Assembly (NCBI GenBank): GCA_951406725.2
Contig: OX597820.1
Span: 75,888,001-75,952,000, forward strand
DNA length: 64,000 nucleotides
Source of the DNA: Octopus vulgaris
Taxonomy: Eukaryota
Direction of reading: 5' to 3'
The position numbers and the translations under genes were made by a program. Below the pieces are notes generated by a model, which saw nothing but the letters and a program-made list of their open reading frames with translations, ran no database searches and had not been told where the DNA came from. Every line of letters begins with the position of its first letter. Position 1 is the stretch's first letter. Shown piece by piece: positions 54,945 to 64,000 of the stretch.

Positions 54945-55895
54945 GGCGGCGAGCTGGCAGAATCGTTAGCACGCCGGGCGAAATGAGTAGCCGTATTTCG
55001 TCTGTCGTTACGTTGTGAGTTCAAATTTCGCCGAGGTCGACTTTGCCTTTCGTCCTTTCGGGGTCGATAAATTAAGTACCAGTTACGCACTGGGGTCGAT
55101 GTGATCGACTTAATACCTATGTCTGTCCTTGTTTGTCCCCTCTATGTTTAGCCCCTTGTGGATAATAAAGAAATAGGTATTTCGTCTGCCGTTACGTTCT
55201 GAGTTCAAATTCCGCCGAGGTCGACTGTGTCTTTCATCCTTTCGGAGTCGATAAATTAAGTACCAGTTACAAACTGGATCGATATAATCGACTTAATCTG
55301 TCCTTGTTTGTCCTCTCTGTGTTTAGCCCCATGTGGGCAGTAAAGAAATATGTATTTCGTCTGCCGCTACGTTCTGAGTTCAAATTCCGCCGACGTCGAC
55401 TTTGCCTTTCATCCTTTAGGGGTCGATTAAATAAGTACCAGTTACGCACTGAGGTCGATATAATCGACTTAATCAATTTGCCTATCCTTGTTTGTCCTCT
55501 TGTGGGTAGTAAAGGAATGAGTATTTCGTCTGCAGCTACGTTCTGAGTTCAAATTCCACCGAGGTCGACTTTGCCTTTCATCTTTTCGGGGTCGATTAAA
55601 TAAGTACCAGTTACGCACTGGTGTCGATATAATCGACTTAATCCGTTTGTCTGCCCTCTTTTCTCCCCTATGTGTGTAGCCCTTAGTAAAGAAATAAGAA
55701 ACGTTAGCAAGCCGGGCGAAATGCTTAGCGGTATTTTGTCTGCCGTTACGTTGTGAGTTCAAACTCCGCCGAGGTCGACTTTGCCCTTCTTCCTTTCGGG
55801 GTCGATAAATTAAGTACCAGTTGCATACTGGGTCGGTCTAATCGATTGGCCCCACCCACCAAAATTTCCAGCCTTGTGCCAAGAGTAGAAAAGAA
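54945..55895 (+). mobile_element. SINE-A multimer with five tandem body units
   Basis: Units starting gtattt(c/t)gtctg at about 54994, 55177, 55352, 55521 and 55731; one full head and one terminal tail. Confidence 0.92.
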
Positions 55896-56044
55896 AGGAC
55901 ATTGTTGTTCCTATTACTGTTGTTGCTATTTTCATTTCTATTTGTCTTTTTTTATTTGTTTTTTGTTTCACATCGATTAATACAATATGAATTTTAATTA
56001 AACTTATCAATACCAATATTACATTATTTTATGCTGCTTTCCAA

Positions 56045-56067
56045 ATCATCATCATCTTCACCAGCAC

Positions 56068-56098
<31 letters not shown>

Positions 56099-56180
56099 GT
56101 CGTTGTGATCATCATCATCATCATCATCATCATCATTATATGCTTCAAATTCTCCAAGCTGCACCCAGTTCACAACTAGA

Positions 56181-56211
<31 letters not shown>

Positions 56212-56310
56212 CTTCTTCTTCTTCTTCTTCTTCTTCTTCTTCTTCTTCTTCTTCTTCTTCTTCTTCTTCTTCTTCTCCTCCTCCTTCTGCTTCTTCTTCT
56301 TCTTGCTTTT
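56045..56310. repeat. (CAT)n and (TTC)n microsatellites
   Basis: Direct inspection. Confidence 0.97.
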
Positions 56311-56601
56311 GCTGATGTTGTTTTGCAAGGTTTGGGATCTGTGTTACTTTTATTTTTGGCATTTTTTCTAGTTTCTTGTGTGTGTATGTATAGTCTTTTT
56401 TCTCTTTCTTCCTTGTTTTTTTTTGTTGTTGGTTTGTTTTTGTTGTTGTTGTTTTGTTTTGTTTTCTTTATAAATCTTTTTTTCTCGTGTTTGCTTCGTT
56501 TAATCTATTGAAGCAGCGGCAAGGCTATGCCTTTGATCGTTTGTTTTCTAAATTCGCTGAGTTGTACGATTTTCGAACTCGTACTTACGTGCGGACATGT
56601 G

Positions 56602-56689
<88 letters not shown>

Positions 56690-56855
56690 AACACACACAC
56701 ACACGCTCATCTGCGTGTCCGTATACACTTTCTTTGTTCAACACACTTTTCATTTACCTTTCCACCTTAGATATACACGAACATCAATGTCTGTCGCTAC
56801 GGCTATGAGTACGTGTGAATGTATGCATGTGCTTGTTTGTATAAGTATAACAGAA

Positions 56856-56910
<55 letters not shown>

Positions 56911-57270
56911 AGTGGGGGAGAAAGTGCATGTGTGTGTGAGTGTGCAGTCTTTAACTGAAATTAATTTTCTTTTTAATTTAGTCCTGCACTTTTCGTCATC
57001 AATCGATATGAAGACAAACTCTTTTATCTTTACCAATATGGTGAAGCATATCAACCCCGAAGCAATTTTACAATAAATTGTAAGGTATGTGTGCGTGTGT
57101 ATGTATATATGTATGTATGTATGTATGTATGTAAGTATGTGTGTATGTATGTACGTACGTATGTTTGTATGTATGTATGTATGCTTGTATGTATGTTTGT
57201 GTATGTATATATATATGTGTGTGTGTATACATGTGTGTATGTATGTGTATATAAATAAATAAATAAATAA

Positions 57271-57334
<64 letters not shown>

Positions 57335-57356
57335 GTATGTATGCATGTATGTATGT

Positions 57357-57892
57357 ATTCTTTTATTCTTTTGTCTTTTATTCATGCGGCTGCGGTCATG
57401 CTAGAGCACCATCGTGGTCTCTCTGATTTTCTCAGTTTGGGGCGATTCACATCACCGCTCCTGTATGTGCCTTTGTTCCAATTGTTGGCCCATTTGGTGT
57501 ATAAGGGAATTTCATTCCAATGCCTTCGTCCGCACCTCATGTCGAGCTATTGGTTCATCCGGTGTTGTCGAGAGGAGGATGTCTAGTTCCTCTTTGAAGA
57601 CATCTATTTCCATCTTATGCAGATTTCTTAAGTTTTATGGCAGGGCATTGAAGAGCTGTGAGCCTTTGAACCCTAGACTATTGCACTATCTGGTCCAGAA
57701 TTTAGATAAATAGATTGTAACTTTGGTACAATACAATGACGGCCAGTTCTGGCATTTGTATAACACACAAAGCCGAAATTATGTACAAGAACTTTTAGAG
57801 TCTTGCACATCTATATTATTGCATATCTCTCATACCTTCGCTCCTGGGAGTAAAGTTGTAGTTTTCTGGGCCTATCCCTGTAGCTCATCCGC
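57357..57892 (-). pseudogene. 5'-truncated LINE: ORF2 C-terminus plus 3' UTR and tail (CR1/L2/Jockey-group type)
   Basis: Minus translation MSYRDRPRKLQLYSQERRYERYAII...RTGRHCIVP...NSLGFKGSQLFNALP*NLRN..VFKEELDILLSTTPDEP, with stops; ends ggtgctctagcatgaccgcag...aaaagaataaaagaata. Confidence 0.85.
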
Positions 57893-58178
57893 TACAATGT
57901 TTCAATATTTTCAGTGTAGGGGCGTTGGATTACCTCATGCTTCGCTGTTAGCTTGTATGTATGTATATGTTGCAGGTTTTAGATCTTCTACCTGTACTTT
58001 TTTTTATCCTTTTCGACGGAGCTCATACAGAAGCACTGCAGAAATAGACCCCAGAGGCGTTGGTATCCAGAAGACCCAAGGTGTCAGATAACGCTATGGA
58101 AGGACCATAGTTAAACTCTCAGTTCGATAATAATACGAGTGAGGAGTCTAATGCGGATCTTCTATGAACATATATATG

Positions 58179-58590
58179 TTAAATAAAATGAGACAACAAA
58201 GCCAAGGCTGTGTGGAATTATCAGAACATTTATAAAGAGAAAGTTGATCTTAGAGCCGTTTCTGGGATATTAGGAATATCTCTTCACCAAAGACTACGTG
58301 AGATGGTTAACTAGCGGGAAATAGTAGAGTTCAGTATAAGGAGTTGTTCTAGAAAGCGATGGAAGTACTTTTATTTGCATCCATTCTCTTATTTCCCTTT
58401 ATTCTTCTTATTTCCACCCTTTCCCAAAATAACTGCTTATATACAACTCTACTATATCCCTCTATTTAACCATCCTACATCGTCTCCGATGAAGGGATAT
58501 CCCTAATATTTCAAAAACAGCTGTAAGACTTTCGCTTCATAAATGTGCTCAAAATTCCACACAGCCTTGGTGTTGCCTCATTTTATTTAA
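58179..58590. mobile_element. Palindromic pair of family P2 PLE-like termini, each with a degenerate hammerhead motif
   Basis: Left arm 58179-~58355 is the diverged reverse complement of right arm ~58420-58590; motifs at 58248-58294 (-) and 58482-58529 (+). Confidence 0.8.
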
Positions 58591-58599
58591 ACTTTTTCT

Positions 58600-58695
58600 A
58601 CTTTCTCTCCTTGTTTATTTCTGTGTTCCTTTTTGTCGAAGAGCGTAAGCTCGAAAGGTAAAAGACATTCTCACTTCCCGAGCGTTAAACTGACA
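58600..58695 (+). mobile_element. PLE-like short element (family P1)
   Basis: cttt-TTGTCGA-A-GAGC-gtaa-GCTC-GAAA-GG-TA-aaag...tcccgagcgttaaact. Confidence 0.65.
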
Positions 58696-58711
58696 CACAC
58701 ACACACACATA

Positions 58712-58751
<40 letters not shown>

Positions 58752-58957
58752 GTTTGGTACTTATTTCAAACACAGCAACAACGGTTGTCGAGCCGTGGTG
58801 GGGAACACACCACACACGGATTATATGTGTACATCTGTCTGCCACCATGGCTTGACAACTGGTGTCGAAGTGTTTACGTCCCTAATATTTAACCATTTAG
58901 CAAAAGAGGACGATGAAATAAGTTCCTGATTTTAAAGATGTATATTCGCACCAAAAG

Positions 58958-59012
<55 letters not shown>

Positions 59013-59460
59013 CCAAGATTTATTCGTTGGGCTAAAATTAAAACGTGCTTCTTTTCAGTTTCCATCTACCAAATCCATTCACCAAGTTTTGGACGGACTA
59101 AGGTGCCACGGAGTAGAACTGACACACATGCATATATGCTTAGATATAAATAACCTCACTCAAGTCGATTATTCTTTTCTTGCAAACTTACTGAGGTATT
59201 TGTCCGGACATACTAATTTTTATGGCCGTACTATAGTAGCTGTGTTTTTAAACACATTACGTCTTATAAGAGATATTATCTCCGAATTAATATCGTACTA
59301 AATTTGCCTTTTCGCGATGTATTTGCATTTAGTATGATATGAAGATGATTGTTTTAATCTAATACTGCATGCGCAGCATGCAACGGACATTACACACACA
59401 CATATATATATGTATATATATATATATATATCTATATAGTTGCATACACATATACCTGCA

Positions 59461-59494
<34 letters not shown>

Positions 59495-59511
59495 CACATA
59501 CATATATACAT

Positions 59512-59885
59512 TGTTTCCCAACCACATGCTTCCGGGTTAGGTCTCACTGCGTGGCACCTTGGGTAGGTATCTTCTACTATAGCCTCGGGCTGACAAAAGC
59601 CTTGTGAGTGTATTTCGTAGATATAAATTAAAGGAAACCCTTCGTATATGAGTGTGTGTGTGTGTGTGTGTGTGCATTTGTGTATTTATGTTCGCGACCC
59701 ACCCCATCACTTGACAACTGATGTTGCTGCGTTTATGTTCCTGTAACTTAGCAGTTAGGCAAAAAAGACCGATAGAATCAGTACAAGGCTTACAAAGAAT
59801 AAGTCCGGAGGTCGATTTGTTCGACTAAAGGCGGTGCCTCAGCATGGGCGCAGTCAAATGACTGAAACAAATAAGAGAATAAAAT
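59512..59885 (+). mobile_element. SINE-B, slightly 5'-truncated
   Basis: Core, internal (TG)n and tail present. Confidence 0.87.
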
Positions 59886-59909
59886 AATATATATATGTAT
59901 ATATATAAA

Positions 59910-59955
<46 letters not shown>

Positions 59956-60606
59956 AAGAAAGAAAATCTCTCTCATATAGTGTTTGCTCAATTCAACTCA
60001 CGAAAGTATGGGGGTAAAGACATTAAAAAATCAAATATATATGTATGTATACATAGGTATGTTTATATCTATATGTCTATATATATATATATATATGTAT
60101 GTGAACGTGTATGTGTTCGTGTGTGTGTTCGTGTGTGTGTGTGTGCGTGCGTGCGTGTGTGCGTGTTTGACAATGTATAACATGAATAGATTCATTTTTC
60201 CCATTCAAGCCGTAATGCGTTTCGGCGAGATGTGCTACTTTAACAGAGTTTGAAAAAACACTAACTCTTTTAAATACATCGTCAAGAGGCCCAGGTGCTC
60301 CTTCTTAGCTTGTCTATCACTCAACAACACTTGATGGGTGGGGATCTAAATGAATGATTTGTTAACTGAATTATATTGCTAAGCGTTTAACAATGACCCA
60401 TAAACTGTTGAATACAACTTCTCATACGTCTTATGTGTGTTTTCCGAGCGGAAATCTTAAAGAATGAAACATTTATAAGCAAAAGATCTTACTGAGGTGA
60501 GAGGTTTTCCTAGGTATACAACGTCTCACCCACAATGAAGCGAATTTTCGTTTTATAGCGGAATGAATCACGTACATACACACGTATGCTTTTATTTCAG
60601 ACGTGC

Positions 60607-60637
<31 letters not shown>

Positions 60638-61189
60638 TGTATGTATGTATGTATGTATGTATGTATGTATGTATGTATGTATGTATGTATGTATGAATGC
60701 ATGTATGTATGTATATATATATATATATATATATGTATACATATATATATATATATATATAGAGAGATAGATATATATTGTTATATGTTATTATTATTAT
60801 ATTATATTATACTAACAACCTCTCCTATTTATTTGTCTCTTTGTATGTATGTATGTATATAAGTACGTATGTATATGAGTGTATATAATATTGTGTGTAT
60901 GTATACACACACACACACACACTCACATATATATATATACATATATATACACGCACCCACACATATGCGTATATATAATCTGTTTGTCGTATTAGAGTGG
61001 CACTTCTTCAGACCTAAATCAAAGGTGCGCTCTTACACTACCCAATTTATGTTTGATAGACAGACTAGCAGACGGCCAGACAGACACATACATACGTACG
61101 TACGTACATACGTACGTACATACGTATACATACATACATACATACATACATACATACATACAAACATACACACATACATACATACATCC

Positions 61190-61303
61190 AAATGAAAATA
61201 CCCTGTTGTTGAAGCTGAAATTCCAGTAAGGAGCCTTGAATCTAGGTTAGAAACCGGTTCATTCTCTATTGGCGAGAAATCGTGAAATAAAACGGAATAA
61301 TGA
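61190..61303 (+). mobile_element. 3' UTR-only copy of the RLE retroelement, in (CATA)n
   Basis: ctaggttagaaaccggttc.ttctctatt...gaaataaaa..gaataatga is shared with 61640-61735. Confidence 0.7.
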
Positions 61304-61380
61304 CATACATACATACATACATACATACATACATACATACATACATACATACATCACGTACATACATAAATACATACATA

Positions 61381-61735
61381 CAGTTCAGGTTTATACCTGT
61401 AAGTATTTGGGCCCTAGGGTATGTAACACACTGCCTATATCTTAATCTTGAGAAATTAGGCTTCTCAAAGCCAGAAAGTAGAAAGCTAATTCGAAGACTA
61501 CAGATCGAATCCATCATTGGAACGGTAAAAATCTGTAAACCTTTCCTGAAGTTTATCATTTAAATATATATGAGCATGTCTTAATATGCAACTATATGCA
61601 TGCGAATATATACATAAAATATACATACATGCATGCATACAAAAATACTGTGTTTTCGATATAGAAATTCGAACCTAGGTTAGAAACCGGTTCTTTCTCT
61701 ATTAGCAAGACATCTTGAAATAAAATGAATAATGA
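61381..61735 (+). pseudogene. C-terminus and 3' UTR of an RLE-type (R4/Dong-like) non-LTR retrotransposon, in (CATA)n
   Basis: FRFIPVSIWALGYVTHCLYLNLEKLG...LIRRLQIESIIGTVKICKPFL* fits the IPIIxGALG..L..LG..LQ...GTxKI C-terminal pattern; stop at 61561-61563. Confidence 0.75.
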
Positions 61736-61961
61736 CATACATACAAACATCACATACATAGACAGAGAGTAAGACCAGCAGACTGGTAGGAAGATAAATT
61801 GTCGTAAAAGTGTATTGACAAGAGAAAAGAAAGTGAAGACTCAATATTGACCATAATACTTTCTAGTAAAATTTTAGAAGTTTCTTATTCACCATTTTCT
61901 GCCAATCTGTGGCATTAATGACGTTTAATGCATTTCTCTGGTGATATTTTTCATAAATTAT

Positions 61962-62589
61962 GGTGGCGAGCTGGCAGAAACGTCAGAACGCCGGGCGAAA
62001 TTCTTAGCAGTATTTCGGCTGCCGCTACGTTCTGAGTTTAAATTCCGCCTAGGTCGACTTTACCTTTCATCTTTTCGGGGTCGATAAATTAAATACCAGT
62101 TACGCACTGGGGTCGATATAATCGACTTAATCCGTTTGTCTGTCCTTGTTTTTCCCCTTTGTGTTTAGCCCCTTGTGGGTAATAAAGAAATAGGTATTTC
62201 GTCTGCCGCTACGTTCTGAGTTCAACTTCCGCCGAGGTCGACTTTGCCTTTCATCCTTTCGGGGTCGATAAATTAAGTACCAGTTGCATTCTGGTGTCGA
62301 TCTAATCGACTGACCCTCACCTCATCTAAAAAAGAAAAATAATTTCGTGCCTTGTGACTAGAGTAGAATAGAATATTTCGAAGGCGGCGAGCTGGCAGAA
62401 ACGTTAACACGCCGGGCGAAATGTTAACGGTCTTTATATACTGACTTAAAATTCCGCCGAGGTCGACTTTGCCTTTCATCCTTTCAGGGTTAATAAATTA
62501 AGTACCAGTTGCGTACTGGGATCGATCTAATTGACTGGCACCCTCCACTAAAATTTCGGGCCTTGTACCTTGAGTAGAAAAGGATATTT
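61962..62589 (+). mobile_element. Tandem SINE-A copies (dimer 61962-62377, monomer 62383-62589)
   Basis: Two heads, three cores and two tails. Confidence 0.9.
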
Positions 62590-62604
62590 CCCTAAATTAA
62601 TACC

Positions 62605-63050
62605 AGTGTGGTTAAAAAGATCGCTTTCGAAGTTGGTGGTTTCGGGTTCAGTCCGACCGCACAGCATTTTGAGCAAGTGTTTCTGCTACAGCCCCGAGCT
62701 GTCCGGTGCCTTGCGAGTGAGTTTGGTAGATGGAAAAATTATGAAAGCCCGTCGTGTATGTTTGTCTGTCTGTGTGTCATTGAATCTGTGCTTGTCCTTC
62801 CACCACTTGACAACCGGTGTTCATTCGTTTACCTCCCCGTAATTTAGTAGAGACCAGTAACATAAATACCTTAGTATAAGTGCCAATAGTACCTTTGTAC
62901 CCATCGAATAAGTACTTTAAAAAGAAAACAAAGAGAAGTAAAATATAATAGTCAGTGGAGTCGATTTATTTGACGAAAACTCTCCAAGGTGGTGCACCAG
63001 TATGGTCACACACTCCAGTGACTGAAACAAGCAAAAGAAATATAAAGAAG
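62605..63050 (+). mobile_element. SINE-B degenerate
   Basis: gtgtggttaaaaag...gggttcagtccg...gagcaagtgtttctgctacagcc...ggtggtgcaccagtatggtcac. Confidence 0.75.
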
Positions 63051-63549
63051 TATGTATGTAGACGAGAAAACTAGTTATTGTCATATAAAAATAATTACTA
63101 CCAAACATAACACAATAGCCAAACATGAACCTAAAATATAGGCTACAGATTATTAAATGATAAAAGATTAAAATACAAATCCTTTAATATAACGCTTGGA
63201 TGTTCATTATCACAACGTGTTCGAGGTTATTTGAGTCCTTTTTAGTAGGGAGTTCTGAGAAGGATTAACACTGAATATTAATTATGAGATTATCAGGTTG
63301 GTGTGAAGCAGTACACAATTAAAAAGGTAAAAAGGTTATTAAGAGTGTGAAGTTGTAATACTTTAGTAATGGCGGAGTGCTCCATGTCTATACACTTCTT
63401 CAATCCAGCTTCGTACAGCTAATCCGGCGCGAATTTTTCATTATACATGTACCTATGTATTTTTGTATGTTGGAAATAAGACGAAAATCTATATAAATCT
63501 GACGCGTCCATATGCCTGCTTGCATATATATACATACATAGGTACATAT

Positions 63550-63934
63550 TCTCCTTTACTCTTTTACTTGCTTCAGTCATTTGACTGCGGCCATACTGGA
63601 GCACCGCCTTTAGTCGAAGAAATCTACTCCAGGACTTATTTCTTGTAAGCCTAGTACTTATTCTATCGGTCTCTTTTGTCGAACCGCTAAGTTACGGGGA
63701 CGTAAGCACAATAACATTGGTTGTCAAGCGATGCTGGAAGACAAAGACAGACACACAACCATATACATATACGACGAGCTTCTTTCAGATTCCGTCTGCC
63801 AAATCCACTCACAAGGCTTTGGGCGGCCCAAGGCTATAGTAGAAGATACCTGCCCAAGGTGCCACGCAGTGGGACTGAACCCAGAACCATGTGATTGGTA
63901 AGCAAGTTACTTACGACACAGCTACTCCTGCGCC
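63550..63934 (-). mobile_element. SINE-B full length
   Basis: Well-conserved reverse complement of head, core and tail. Confidence 0.92.
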
Positions 63935-64000
63935 AATATATGCGTACCTACATGAATGGATTCCATGGAATTGGGGTGGATGTTTTCAAGAAACAACTTG

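Noticed and set aside
54945-55895. Regularly spaced repeats suggestive of a CRISPR array
   Set aside because: The whole 170-185 bp unit repeats with no unique spacers, there are no cas genes, and the context is a eukaryotic SINE.
61225-61262. GAAACCGGTT after a hairpin, resembling a hammerhead 3' half
   Set aside because: No recognisable core or stem I in either copy; better explained as the 3' UTR of the RLE element.

Overview
AT-rich, microsatellite-saturated animal genomic DNA. The SINE repertoire and repeat load suggest an octopus or other coleoid cephalopod, which is inference from recalled repeat families rather than a database hit. I can support no intact host protein-coding gene, and nearly all ORFs in the track are translations of (TA)n, (CA)n, (CATA)n, (GA)n or triplet repeats. 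The window holds many copies of two tRNA-headed SINE families (my labels: SINE-A, with a variable number of tandem body units, and SINE-B, CORE-like with an internal microsatellite), a few V-SINE-like and RTE-tailed SINEs, a 1 kb open LINE reverse-transcriptase fragment (about 33965-34976), a LINE 3' end whose tail matches SINE-B (57357-57892), R4/Dong-like restriction-like-endonuclease retroelement ends inside microsatellites, and small DNA-transposon or Helentron-like relics. The most notable signal is about 13 short non-coding elements from at least 6 families. Most carry a minimal type-I hammerhead-ribozyme topology (stem I, CUGANGA-like core, stem II, GAAA, palindromic stem III, UH). This is the known hallmark of Penelope-like element pseudo-LTRs, but several here have non-canonical cores and some form head-to-head palindromes.
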